From: an uncultured Bacteroidales bacterium
Lineage (GTDB): Bacteria; Bacteroidota; Bacteroidia; Bacteroidales; JBBRXJ01
Direction of reading: 5' to 3'
DNA: 45,532 nt
NCBI GenBank assembly: GCA_964606415.1
Contig: CAZSGN010000001.1
Coordinates: 1 to 45,532, forward strand
Shown here: one piece after another, positions 9,355-18,337 of the stretch
Numbering within the stretch: position 1 is the first letter of the stretch
How the letters are laid out: the number at the start of each line of letters is the position of its first letter
Position numbers and translations under genes: made by a program
Notes under the pieces: model-generated
Database searches by the model: none
Told to the model about the DNA's origin: nothing
Seen by the model: the letters and a program-made list of their open reading frames with translations, nothing else

Positions 9355-10932
9355 TTAACGAAGAATGGTAATATTAATATGCTTTCCATCATCAAATATA
9401 GCCATATAACTACCCGTGGGCAATTTCTCTCCTCCCATGCCTGATCCATCCCAGTATAGTGGCCCCTCGAAAGGGCCGGCTACCTGTTGCCCATAGCGAT
9501 TATAAATTTTGACAGTGCCCTTCTTTTTAAAGAAATACTGATCTGCACCATCATCTGAATCGGGTGTAATAACAGGATGCTGACAACCATGATCTGGTTC
9601 TTTTATCTGGATAATGGTATCCAGCGGGAATTCACAACCCAGCTTATCAAGAATAGAAACAGCATATTTTCCTGCCGGAAGGCCTTTGTCATAGCCTGTA
9701 AATAAACGATCGCTTTCCGCTTCAATAAATTCAACAGAAAACGGAGGAATGCCCCCACTAATAGATGAAGTATCCAAAACAATTTGCCCATGCTCATTAC
9801 ATGTTACACCACGAACCGTTAATTCTATCTCAGACATATCCATAATACGGGGGTCAACTGATATGGTATCATAGAACTGACATCCTTGATTATCAATAAC
9901 ATCAACGAAAACTTCTCCCTTTTCCAAAACCTCCAGGCTATTATCATTTGCCATAGAATCATTATAAAAAAAATATTCATAAGGCCCTTCACCATGGATA
10001 ATAACAGAATGACAAGTATACTCCTTATCATAAGTAAAGGGTTCAATATCCGGGAAAGATAAGTGCAAAGTATCAAAATAATGACATCCAGCAATATCCC
10101 ATATTTCAACCCAATACATTCCTTCTTCTGTAAGAGTCCGGACCTGCCCGGCACCATTATCCCACCATCGGTAACTCTCAATGAAAGGCTGATCTACACT
10201 AACTGTTAACGTATCTGAAGGACATAATACCTGCTCATCTAACAAAAAAACATCATGTATTTTTTGCACATTAACATGGAATGAATCCTGTCTTAAGCAA
10301 AAATGATTATTATTAATAGAGATGGTATAATTTCCTGGCTTACTTTCGTAAAGATTCACCTTGCCAGTAAGAGAATCGATTTCCAGTCCGGGTTCTGCAA
10401 TAAACTCAAACGCACCTTCATAAAACTTTTCAAAATTAGCCAATGAATACTTCCCGTTATTTTCGCAAAATACAGAAGGATAATTAAAATTAACAGGGCT
10501 GGCTCTCAGCTCATTAATATATGTTTTATCGCCCGGGGCAAAATCAATACCTTCTGTGTCAAACTCATTAGCAAAAACATTTATCTCTGCCATCACGCAC
10601 TTCTCACTTTGATCATATACCAAAAAGATAACAGAATCCTGTTCCTGTAAACCACCATACACCCCCTCTGCTCCATAAGCATTAAGGCGAAGGGTGTCTT
10701 GCCCACGAAAGACAACTTTCCCAGCACATTGCAATTGAAAATTACTAAAATCAAAATAAAATACGCCTATCTTATCATTTTCCTGGATATATTCCACTCC
10801 GACCTGTACAGCCTCCGAGGGAATTAAGAGTGTATTGGTAATAGACGTAGAATCATAATCCCAGTTAATCTCTTGCCCATAAGAACCAAGAAACACAATA
10901 AAAAAAGATGATATGTAAAATAAAATTCTCAT
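9355..10932 (-). CDS. secreted Cys-rich repeat protein with T9SS type-B (gliding-motility CHU_C-like) C-terminal sorting domain
   Basis: Signal peptide MRILFYISSFFIVFLGSYGQ. SprB-repeat-like module (VTCNEHGQIVLD..GGIPPFSVEF..LPAGKYAVSILDKLGCE). C-terminus ITPDSDDGADQYFF..VKIYNRYGQQV..WDGSG..KLPTGSYMAIF..INITILR. Confidence 0.75.
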   Translation of the reverse strand: MRILFYISSFFIVFLGSYGQEINWDYDSTSITNTLLIPSEAVQVGVEYIQENDKIGVFYFDFSNFQLQCAGKVVFRGQDTLRLNAYGAEGVYGGLQEQDSVIFLVYDQSEKCVMAEINVFANEFDTEGIDFAPGDKTYINELRASPVNFNYPSVFCENNGKYSLANFEKFYEGAFEFIAEPGLEIDSLTGKVNLYESKPGNYTISINNNHFCLRQDSFHVNVQKIHDVFLLDEQVLCPSDTLTVSVDQPFIESYRWWDNGAGQVRTLTEEGMYWVEIWDIAGCHYFDTLHLSFPDIEPFTYDKEYTCHSVIIHGEGPYEYFFYNDSMANDNSLEVLEKGEVFVDVIDNQGCQFYDTISVDPRIMDMSEIELTVRGVTCNEHGQIVLDTSSISGGIPPFSVEFIEAESDRLFTGYDKGLPAGKYAVSILDKLGCEFPLDTIIQIKEPDHGCQHPVITPDSDDGADQYFFKKKGTVKIYNRYGQQVAGPFEGPLYWDGSGMGGEKLPTGSYMAIFDDGKHINITILR

Positions 10933-10978
10933 TGTATCATAAAATCTACATTCATTTAAAAAAAAAGTAACTATTTAA

Positions 10979-11866
10979 TCATCTTAAAGTATATCCTAAG
11001 GTAAATTCATAAGTGTTAATATTTAACTGCGAATTAGCCAGTGGAGTATGATAAGAAAAAGCCACCCGGCTCCTGCCGGACAAGAAATTAAAGTTCTCAA
11101 TTCCTGCAAAGAATAAAAATCCTGTTAAACGATGATAACCAGCCCCTGCCATAATTAATCCGTCAATACTGCTAATAATATCAAAATCAACATGCGCAGG
11201 TTGATCAATAAAATAACGATAAACCAATACAGGTTTAACCACAAACTCTTCAGAAACAAAAAACTTCCGGATTAAACTAAAGGTATAAAAACGTTTTAAT
11301 GCCATAGGTTCTAAAAAAGGGGTGAAGTCGGAATTCAAAAGTTGGTTGCCCGCAATACCTAAATGCCACAAGTCACTATAAAGCCAAATTCCCACATTTG
11401 CATCCATGCCGAAAACAGACCGATCTCCCGTTGTATAAGTCCCTTTCGCATGGAAATTAAAACCACCTGCTTCAATAGCACCTGCAAAAAACCACTCCGA
11501 AGAGACTTTTGTTCGCCACAAATACTTTCCATAAAACCGCGATGTACCAATATATACCCCTTCCTGATCTCCATAAAACCGAAATCCCAAACGATTTGAA
11601 GCGATTGTTTTTTCTTTTGGCCGTAATGGTATATCCATATTGATATTCAAAAAATAAGTGGTGAAATCTTTCCAATCCCCCCCATGCCGTTGATTACCAA
11701 TATCAACCCCCATGCCGGCGCCAGGAGCAGAACCTGCAGGATTAAATAAATCATAACAATTTGCCTGCTGATGAAAGAATACAGGATACCTGCTCATCTG
11801 AACCCCTTGCCCCATCACAGGCGACATCAGAAGAAAAAAGCATAGCAAAATCCATATATTCCTCAT
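10979..11866 (-). CDS. PorP/SprF family T9SS outer-membrane protein
   Basis: Signal peptide, QMSRY..FF....NPAGSA start, alternating beta-strand pattern, terminal YEFTLGYTLR. 295 aa, immediately upstream of a type-B cargo gene as in the sprB/sprF paradigm. Confidence 0.65.
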   Translation of the reverse strand: MRNIWILLCFFLLMSPVMGQGVQMSRYPVFFHQQANCYDLFNPAGSAPGAGMGVDIGNQRHGGDWKDFTTYFLNINMDIPLRPKEKTIASNRLGFRFYGDQEGVYIGTSRFYGKYLWRTKVSSEWFFAGAIEAGGFNFHAKGTYTTGDRSVFGMDANVGIWLYSDLWHLGIAGNQLLNSDFTPFLEPMALKRFYTFSLIRKFFVSEEFVVKPVLVYRYFIDQPAHVDFDIISSIDGLIMAGAGYHRLTGFLFFAGIENFNFLSGRSRVAFSYHTPLANSQLNINTYEFTLGYTLR

Positions 11867-11975
11867 CCAAAAAACAATTTCGTAGTAAAAGTATTAACTT
11901 CTTCCAGAATTTAAAAATATTTAATATTTCTTAGATATTAGTTACTTTTACACTTCTCTTTTGTATAAATAAAAA

Positions 11976-12569
11976 ATGAAACACCCTTTTAAAAAACAAC
12001 CTGCAGACAAGGAAATTCTGGAAAAGATCAGAAAAGGAGAGGATAATGAAGTATTGAATTATTTATATAAACAATCACTGCCAAAAATTAAACGATATAT
12101 TTTGGCTAACTCCGGACAGGAAGATGATGCATACGATGTTTTTCAGGAAGCGCTTATGGCCTTTTACCGCTATGTGAAGCAAAATAAATTCAAAGAACAA
12201 TATGATGTTGATGGTTTCCTATACTCAGTCAGCAGAAATCTTTGGATCAACAAAGCAAAAAAAGAAAAAAAAATGGTGCATCCTGAACATCCTAAAGAAG
12301 AAAATGACCCTGCTGATTCGGCAGAAGAAATGATGATTAGTGAAGAAAGAAGAAAAACGCTTCTGCAATTATTAGAAAAAACCGGGAGCAGATGCAAACA
12401 ATTGCTTCAATTATCATTTTTTTATGGTATGTCTCCTTCTGAAATATGTGAAAAAATGGGTTTTGCCAATGAAAATGCTGTTAAAACAAAAAAATACAAA
12501 TGCAAAGAAAAACTTGCGGAAATTATTCGAAGCAATGCCTCATACAGCCAATTATTAAAAAATGATTAA
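11976..12569 (+). CDS. RNA polymerase sigma-70 family (ECF-type) sigma factor
   Basis: Region 2 (DDAYDVFQEALMAFYRYV...DGFLYSVSRNLWINKAKK) and region 4 HTH (CKQLLQLSFFYGMSPSEICEKMGFANENAVKTKKYKCKEKL); 197 aa. Confidence 0.8.
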   Translation: MKHPFKKQPADKEILEKIRKGEDNEVLNYLYKQSLPKIKRYILANSGQEDDAYDVFQEALMAFYRYVKQNKFKEQYDVDGFLYSVSRNLWINKAKKEKKMVHPEHPKEENDPADSAEEMMISEERRKTLLQLLEKTGSRCKQLLQLSFFYGMSPSEICEKMGFANENAVKTKKYKCKEKLAEIIRSNASYSQLLKND

Positions 12570-13677
12570 TAAAGAACTGGACATATTCATTGAAAAATAT
12601 CTTTCAGGAGAACTCTCCCGCGAAGAGATAACCCATTTTGAACAGCTTCTTGAAAAAGATCCGGAATTCAAACAAGCGCTGGCAGAACAAAAACTGATCA
12701 AAGAAGCATCAATTGAACATGGCTTACAAGATATTAAAGAAAAACTGCAACAAATTCATCAAAAACATCAAAATAAAAAAAGTTCCCGGTTATTAAAAAA
12801 AATAATTGCCGTAAGTCTTATTGCCGGATTAGCAATTGGCAGTTATATCATATTTAACAGTCCACAAAAAAACAAAGAAAACACTTTTATCTACAAACAA
12901 ACCCAACCAGATACCCTCATCAACCAAAACAACCATACAGGTAAAGAAGAGCCAAATAAAACTAAAAATAATTCAGAGCCCCAAATTCAAGATGAAGATA
13001 TTAATAAAACACAAAAAAATGACCCGGTTAAAAATGAGCTTGACTCCCCCAAACCAAAGCAAAGAAATAAAGAGAGATTGCCTGTTCAATTAAACACCAA
13101 AGACCAGAAACAAATCAAAGAATTTAACAGCTCATTAAATACAAAAGATCTTGCTCTTAAATTGACTAACCCATGTAACAAGGCATTTAATATTGAATTA
13201 ATAACAAGCCCTTCGTGCTATGAAAATGCAAATGGCAAAATTATTTTAGTCAATAAAAATGAGACAGAAGTCCCCTACAAGATATTCAGGCAAGAAAAAA
13301 AATTCATTTTAGATGACAGTCTCATATATAATAATTTGAACCATGGAACCTATCACTTCAAAATCGAATCCATCAATAAATGTGACACAACAATCATAGT
13401 GCATGTTAATGGAAAAGACTGCCGTCCTTCTTTAAAATTCGCACCTGCCTATGGTGAAACAATAGATATTCCCTTAAAAAATGGTGCAAATGGTATTATT
13501 GTGATCAAAAGTAAAGGGGGAGAAATAATGGTGCAAGAATCGGTTAACAACGCTCCATTTTTTACATGGGATGGACGAGCAAGCTCGGGTGGTTATGTGC
13601 CTATGGGGGTTTATTTATATACCATCTCCTATGCAGACGGATCGAAGGAAAATGGTTTTATTACCGTTTTGCGCTAA
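12562..13677 (+). CDS. single-pass anti-sigma-like protein with extracytoplasmic SprB-like repeat and T9SS type-B C-terminal domain
   Basis: Its ATG overlaps the sigma gene stop by 8 nt. Residues 1-76 form a helical anti-sigma-like head (FIEKYLSGELSREEITHFEQLLEKDPEF). The only hydrophobic segment is residues 77-98, preceded by KKSSRLLKK. Residues 99-202 are a K/N/Q/P-rich linker. Residues 203-287 match a SprB-repeat pattern (SPSCYENANGKIILV..PYKIF..LNHGTYHFKIESINKCD). Residues 288-371 are CTD-like (FTWDGRASSGGYVPMGVYLYTI...GFITVLR). Confidence 0.6.
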   Translation: MINKELDIFIEKYLSGELSREEITHFEQLLEKDPEFKQALAEQKLIKEASIEHGLQDIKEKLQQIHQKHQNKKSSRLLKKIIAVSLIAGLAIGSYIIFNSPQKNKENTFIYKQTQPDTLINQNNHTGKEEPNKTKNNSEPQIQDEDINKTQKNDPVKNELDSPKPKQRNKERLPVQLNTKDQKQIKEFNSSLNTKDLALKLTNPCNKAFNIELITSPSCYENANGKIILVNKNETEVPYKIFRQEKKFILDDSLIYNNLNHGTYHFKIESINKCDTTIIVHVNGKDCRPSLKFAPAYGETIDIPLKNGANGIIVIKSKGGEIMVQESVNNAPFFTWDGRASSGGYVPMGVYLYTISYADGSKENGFITVLR

Positions 13678-13678
13678 A

Positions 13679-14368
13679 TTATTCACGATTAGGCGTAGAC
13701 GTAAACTCATAAGTATCCATGTTAAAAGCAAAAAGTCGCCCCAACTCTTTCCTTTGATTATAAACACAACCCCCGTCAATACGAATAACCTTATTATTTC
13801 CCTCAACTTTTTGATTAATAATAAACGATGCTGATTGCGGTGTATGCCCAACCAGGATATTACGCCCCTTTGTCCATGAAGGATCCGGTTGAAAATCACG
13901 AGTCCACAACATGGCATGCTTATCCTTCAAAGGATTATTCCTGTTGAACTCCAAACCTGCATGTACCAGGATATAATCATCCAGAATCCGGTAAAAATCC
14001 ATATCACGAATATAATCCAGATATTCCTGGGGAAATCGAGCAAGAATCTCTGTTCGGGAATAACTACCTGAAAGACCAAAACTTTGTAATGTTTTATCCC
14101 CTCCATTGGCCAACCATAAATCAAGTGAAGCATTGCCTGCCATCACATCAAGAAAAATCCCTTCATGATTTCCAAGCAATAACACCTGGATTATGCCTTC
14201 GCTGTCCAGCTTAAACAAATAATCAAGCACCCCCTTAACATCAGGCCCCCTGTCAAGATAATCACCCAGAAAGAACAACTGATCACCGGCACCAATTTTC
14301 AATTCCTCTTCTACCAAAAACTTTAGCGTTTTCAGACAACCATGAATATCACTAATCGCATACCTCAT
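13679..14368 (-). CDS. PPP-family metallophosphoesterase (Ser/Thr phosphatase / ApaH-like)
   Basis: Motifs ISDIHGC, GDYLDRGP, GNHE, VHAG, GHTP. Start moved to the ATG at 14368 (MRYAISDIHG). Confidence 0.8.
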   Translation of the reverse strand: MRYAISDIHGCLKTLKFLVEEELKIGAGDQLFFLGDYLDRGPDVKGVLDYLFKLDSEGIIQVLLLGNHEGIFLDVMAGNASLDLWLANGGDKTLQSFGLSGSYSRTEILARFPQEYLDYIRDMDFYRILDDYILVHAGLEFNRNNPLKDKHAMLWTRDFQPDPSWTKGRNILVGHTPQSASFIINQKVEGNNKVIRIDGGCVYNQRKELGRLFAFNMDTYEFTSTPNRE

Positions 14369-14462
14369 AAGCCACTCTGTCAATTTGACGCATTCACAAA
14401 TTTGGCAAGCAATTTGCATACCAAAACACACAATTTTTCAAGTTAATTAAAATTTTGATACA

Positions 14463-15086
14463 ATGGGAAAACAAAAGAAAGCGGAGGACAAAGAAAAAAC
14501 AAACAAAGACCAGGCAGAAACTAAAAATAACACAGCATCAAAAAAAGATTTAACTGATCAGGAAACAGATGACCAGGCTAAAATGGATCAGGAAGAGAAA
14601 GGGAATCCAGAAGAACCCAACAACGAAGAAAATACAAGCGAAGATCAAATAAAAAAGCTGGAAAAAGAACTTGAAAAATCAAAAGATCAGTATCTTCGTC
14701 TGGCTGCTGAATTTGATAATTATAAGAGGCGTACCTTAAACGAGAAGATGGAATTAACCAAAACTGCCGCCAGGGATATTCTCTTAGACCTTCTGCCAAT
14801 TATAGATGACTTTGACCGTGCTATTCATGCAATGGAAAAAGCAACAGGAGAGCCCGATGAAGGCCTGGTACTGATTTACAATAAATGCCTGGCGCTTCTT
14901 GAAAAAAACGGCGTTAAAGAAATTGAAGCCCTGCACCAGGACTTTAACACAGATGAACACGAAGCCATGACAAAAATTCCGGCTTCACAAGAAGACCTCA
15001 AAGGAAAAGTCATTGATGTGCTTGAAAAAGGATACTATTTGAATGACAAAATATTACGTTACGCGAAAGTCGTTGTAGGTGAATAA
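14463..15086 (+). CDS. grpE: nucleotide exchange factor GrpE
   Basis: [39 protein letters not shown]; low-complexity acidic N-terminal extension. Confidence 0.93.
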   Translation: MGKQKKAEDKEKTNKDQAETKNNTASKKDLTDQETDDQAKMDQEEKGNPEEPNNEENTSEDQIKKLEKELEKSKDQYLRLAAEFDNYKRRTLNEKMELTKTAARDILLDLLPIIDDFDRAIHAMEKATGEPDEGLVLIYNKCLALLEKNGVKEIEALHQDFNTDEHEAMTKIPASQEDLKGKVIDVLEKGYYLNDKILRYAKVVVGE

Positions 15087-15109
15087 ATAAAAAACCGAAA
15101 CAAGTCAAT

Positions 15110-16261
15110 ATGTCTAAAAGAGATTATTACGAGATACTTGGTATTTCCCGCGAAGCAACAAAAGACGAGATAAAAAAAGCCTATCGCAAACAAGCCATCA
15201 AATACCATCCAGATAAAAATCCAGGCGATAAAGACGCTGAAGGGAAATTTAAAGAAGCCGCTGAAGCTTATGAAGTATTAAGCGATGATAACAAAAAAGC
15301 CCGGTACGATCGTTACGGCCACTCGGGCCTAGGTGGCCAAGGCGGTTTCGGAGGGGGTGGCGGTATGTCAATGGATGATATTTTTAGCCACTTCGGCGAT
15401 ATCTTTGGCGATAGTTTCGGTTTTGGTGGCTTTGGGGGCTTTGGTGGCGGAAGTTCCCGGAAAAGAACAAGGAAAGGATCCAATCTCAGGGTTAAAGTGA
15501 GATTAAACCTCAAAGAAATTGCAGAAGGGTGCCATAAAAAAATCAAAGTCAAAAAATATGTTTCCTGCGGGTCTTGTAATGGCACAGGTGCAGAAGATCA
15601 ATCTTCATTTACAGACTGCCATACCTGCCGGGGAACAGGTCAGGTAACTAAAGTAACAAACACCCTTCTGGGCCAAATGCAAACCTCATCTGTCTGCCCA
15701 AATTGTGGCGGAGAAGGGAAAATTATCCAAAAAAAATGCAAAACCTGTCACGGAGAAGGGATCGAGAAAAAAGACGAAGTGGTGCCTATTGATATCCCTG
15801 CAGGAGTAGCAGAAGGAATGCAATTAAGCGTTTCCGGAAAAGGAAATGCGGCAAGAAGAGGAGGTGTTCCCGGTGATTTAATACTGGTTGTTGAGGAAGA
15901 ACCACACAAAGAACTGATTCGTGATGGCAGTGATCTGGTATATAATTGCTTCCTCACATTCCCCCAGGCAACTTTAGGCGATCAAATTGAAGTACCTACC
16001 ATCGAAAGTAAAGTAAAAATTAAGATAGAACCTGGCACCCAATCAGGGAAAATTCTCAGACTTCGCGGCAAAGGCCTGCCAGACATCAATGGCTACGGGA
16101 AAGGTGACTTGTTGGTTCATATTAATGTCTGGGTGCCTAAAGAACTTAATAAAGAAGAAAAGAAAACCCTGGAAAATCTTAAAAATGCAGATAATTTCCA
16201 ACCAAACCCAACAGAACAAGAGAAAAACCTCTTCGAACGTATGAGGAATTATTTTAAATAA
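15110..16261 (+). CDS. dnaJ: molecular chaperone DnaJ
   Basis: J domain (DYYEILG...[16 protein letters not shown]), G/F-rich region, four CxxCxGxG zinc-finger repeats; 383 aa. Confidence 0.96.
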   Translation: MSKRDYYEILGISREATKDEIKKAYRKQAIKYHPDKNPGDKDAEGKFKEAAEAYEVLSDDNKKARYDRYGHSGLGGQGGFGGGGGMSMDDIFSHFGDIFGDSFGFGGFGGFGGGSSRKRTRKGSNLRVKVRLNLKEIAEGCHKKIKVKKYVSCGSCNGTGAEDQSSFTDCHTCRGTGQVTKVTNTLLGQMQTSSVCPNCGGEGKIIQKKCKTCHGEGIEKKDEVVPIDIPAGVAEGMQLSVSGKGNAARRGGVPGDLILVVEEEPHKELIRDGSDLVYNCFLTFPQATLGDQIEVPTIESKVKIKIEPGTQSGKILRLRGKGLPDINGYGKGDLLVHINVWVPKELNKEEKKTLENLKNADNFQPNPTEQEKNLFERMRNYFK

Positions 16262-16359
16262 TTTTTTTTTGGAAAAAAATTCCTATATTTATAACTAAAA
16301 TCAAATCATAAAATAAATAAAAACCTTTATAATTTAATATAAAGTTATTCTGATTATAT

Positions 16360-16367
16360 TATTTTTG
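16360..16367 (+). promoter_or_regulatory. candidate -7 box TATTTTTG for the USP gene
   Basis: TAnnTTTG match 33 nt upstream of the GTG start at 16400. Confidence 0.35.
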
Positions 16368-16399
16368 TAAAGGTTATTAACGATAAAAAAACACTTGCC

Positions 16400-17221
16400 G
16401 TGGAAAAAAATCATATTATTCTGGTACCGTGGGACTTCACTGAAGTTGCACAAAACGCATTAGAGCATGCCATTGTGTTTGCCAAAAGGACAAATAATGA
16501 TATTGCATTAGTTCATATCATCAAAAGTGAAAAAGATTCCGAGAAAGCTCAAAAAGACCTGGAAGAGGTAGCCAAAAAAAACCAGGAAAAATACCATGTT
16601 AATACAGAAGCCATTGTGCGCGAAGGCAGCATTTTCAACTCAATCAGCGAGGTTGCCACCGAGCTTGAAGCCAATTTGGTGATCATGGGAACCCACGGAA
16701 TCAGAGGAATGCAAAAACTCACAGGGAGTTGGGCGCTAAAAGTAATCATCAGTTCCGAGGTTCCATTTATCGTGGTTCAGGAAAAACCTCAAAATGTCGT
16801 TGAAAATATTGTTTTCCCTGTTGATTTCCGGAAGGAAACAAGGGAAAAACTAAATTGGGTGCACTATCTTTCCAAATACTACAAATGTAAAATTCATATT
16901 TTCAAAAGATCAGATCCTGCTCTGAGGAAAAGTATTGAAGGAAATATACAATTCGCTAAAAAATATCTCCAAAATCACCATATTGATTATGAGATCACTA
17001 CTGAAAAAGGCAAACAACCTTTTCCAGTTGAAACAATCAATTTCGCAAAACAAATCAACGCCGGGCTTATTCTTATTATGACAAGCAGAAACCTTGGCTT
17101 TGCTGATTATGTAATGGGCCCCGATGAACAATACATTATTGCAAACAGTGCTAAAATACCTGTTATGTGTGTCAACCCCAGACCAGTGAATATTTCCGGA
17201 GGTTTCCGGGCAAGTGGTTGA
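16400..17221 (+). CDS. tandem-domain universal stress protein
   Basis: Two USP-like halves (ILVPWDFTEVAQNALEHA..., LVIMGTHGIRG, second half ending IPVMCV); GTG start; 273 aa. Confidence 0.75.
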   Translation: MEKNHIILVPWDFTEVAQNALEHAIVFAKRTNNDIALVHIIKSEKDSEKAQKDLEEVAKKNQEKYHVNTEAIVREGSIFNSISEVATELEANLVIMGTHGIRGMQKLTGSWALKVIISSEVPFIVVQEKPQNVVENIVFPVDFRKETREKLNWVHYLSKYYKCKIHIFKRSDPALRKSIEGNIQFAKKYLQNHHIDYEITTEKGKQPFPVETINFAKQINAGLILIMTSRNLGFADYVMGPDEQYIIANSAKIPVMCVNPRPVNISGGFRASG

Positions 17222-17236
17222 TTTCACTCAATCAAT
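17218..17236 (+). repeat. partial copy of the palindromic ATTGAGCGATTYCRCTCAAT motif
   Basis: ttgatttcactcaatcaat overlaps the USP stop codon. It shares gatttcRctcaatcaat with 1582-1598. Confidence 0.45.
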
Positions 17237-17252
17237 ATTATTCTCTATAATC

Positions 17253-17290
17253 AAAAAACACAAGAATTGTCTTCAGTTCTTGTGTTTTTT
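17253..17290. terminator. intrinsic terminator after the USP gene
   Basis: acacaagaa / ttcttgtgt 9-bp stem with a 10-nt loop, flanked by an A-run (5') and a T-run (3'). Confidence 0.75.
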
Positions 17291-17415
17291 GATTAATTAC
17301 CTACTTTTACTTTGACAAATTAGAAGTTTATAGAATATTATATCAAAATAATTTATTCAATGATGATTTTTTTTAAACGACACTCCGGCATTCAGGGATC
17401 TTTTGCTTCTTGTAG

Positions 17416-17450
17416 CTAAGTTGAGCGGTATGAGTGAAACGAAATAGCGC
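17416..17450 (+). repeat. intergenic repeat CTAAGTTGARYGGTATGAGTRAARCGAAA (copy 1)
   Basis: About 30 nt shared with 24313-24344, with a few mismatches. Confidence 0.6.
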
Positions 17451-17466
17451 TTTATTTAGCCATAAT

Positions 17467-17483
17467 CCCGCTTTTCAGCGGGG
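17467..17483. other. GC-rich hairpin cccgc-ttttca-gcggg inside the repeat-bearing spacer
   Basis: Stem visible directly. Similar small GC hairpins occur at 23260-23272 and, partially, at 42167-42180. Confidence 0.5.
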
Positions 17484-17517
17484 AAAAAAGAAGAAGATTT
17501 ATTTTGAAATGAAATCA

Positions 17518-17544
17518 TTTAATGTGTCAAAGTAGAACTACATA
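17518..17544 (+). repeat. 27-nt intergenic repeat TTTAATGTGTCAAARTAGAACTAMATA (copy 2)
   Basis: 25 of 27 nt identical to 8465-8491. A weaker third copy (tgacaaattagaagttta) lies near 17313-17330. Confidence 0.7.
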
Positions 17545-17555
17545 CCATTTATTTT

Positions 17556-18155
17556 ATGGAACAAATTGTATTTGCTACCAATAATCAACATAAACTGAAA
17601 GAAATTCGCTCTCTCATCCGGCAAAAAATTGAAATACTCAGCCTGTCTGATATAGGTTTCACTGAATCAATCCCGGAAGAACAGCCAACCATTGAAGGAA
17701 ATTCTTCACAAAAAGCTTTCTATCTCTATCAAAAAACCGGATTCAACTGCTTCGCTGATGACACCGGCCTGGAGGTAGAAGCACTTGAAGGGGAGCCGGG
17801 CGTATACAGTGCGCGATTCGCAGCGTTAAAAAAAAATAAACCGGAATGGGCAGGCAAATCAGATAAAAATATAGATGTCTTGTTGGATCTAATGAGAAAT
17901 GAATCCAATCGGAAAGCCCGATTTAAAACAGTGATTACACTGATAAAAAACGGAATCCCTTTCTCTTTCGAAGGTATAATAAAAGGACAAATAATAACAG
18001 AAAGATCGGGTAAAGAAGGATTTGGCTATGACCCCATATTTATTCCTGAAGGATATAAAGTTACTTTTGCCGAAATGAATACAGAAGAAAAAAACAAAAT
18101 AAGTCACAGAGGAATAGCCATGCAAAAATTGGTTTCTCACCTCTTCAACTATTAA
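17556..18155 (+). CDS. rdgB: non-canonical purine NTP pyrophosphatase (RdgB/HAM1)
   Basis: VFATNNQHKLKE, ADDTGLEVEAL.G.PGVYSAR, GFGYDPIF, SHRG; 199 aa. Confidence 0.9.
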   Translation: MEQIVFATNNQHKLKEIRSLIRQKIEILSLSDIGFTESIPEEQPTIEGNSSQKAFYLYQKTGFNCFADDTGLEVEALEGEPGVYSARFAALKKNKPEWAGKSDKNIDVLLDLMRNESNRKARFKTVITLIKNGIPFSFEGIIKGQIITERSGKEGFGYDPIFIPEGYKVTFAEMNTEEKNKISHRGIAMQKLVSHLFNY

Positions 18156-18239
18156 GCGTTTATCTATAAAATAATGCGTTTGCTCTATAATATGATCCAA
18201 ACTACACACGACCTAAGTAAAAAGCTTGTCCACTGCGTT

Positions 18240-18264
18240 GAAATCGCTCAATTTAGGTGTTATT
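18240..18264 (-). repeat. copy of the AACMCMAAATTGAGCGATT motif
   Basis: The reverse complement reads aataacacctaaattgagcgatttc. Compare ataacccaaattgagcgattc at 62-82. Confidence 0.55.
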
Positions 18265-18337
18265 AGTGATGTCATATAATTAATTTCGTTCTAGTGCGTT
18301 TTGTATAACATATTCACTGTTAACTATTATACACACA

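Noticed and set aside
12836-13093. 85-aa alternative-frame ORF inside the anti-sigma linker region
   Set aside because: It is a frame-shifted reading of A-rich low-complexity sequence. The main frame continues into recognisable SprB-repeat and CTD modules.
14369-14462. Possible CIRCE/HrcA operator upstream of grpE-dnaJ
   Set aside because: No TTAGCACTC-N9-GAGTGCTAA-like inverted repeat is present, only short CAATTTG word repeats.
15313-15585. 90-aa minus-strand ORF rich in PPKPPKP repeats
   Set aside because: It is the antisense shadow of the Gly/Phe-rich (GGC/GGT/TTT) region of dnaJ. It has no independent start context and dnaJ fully explains the sequence.
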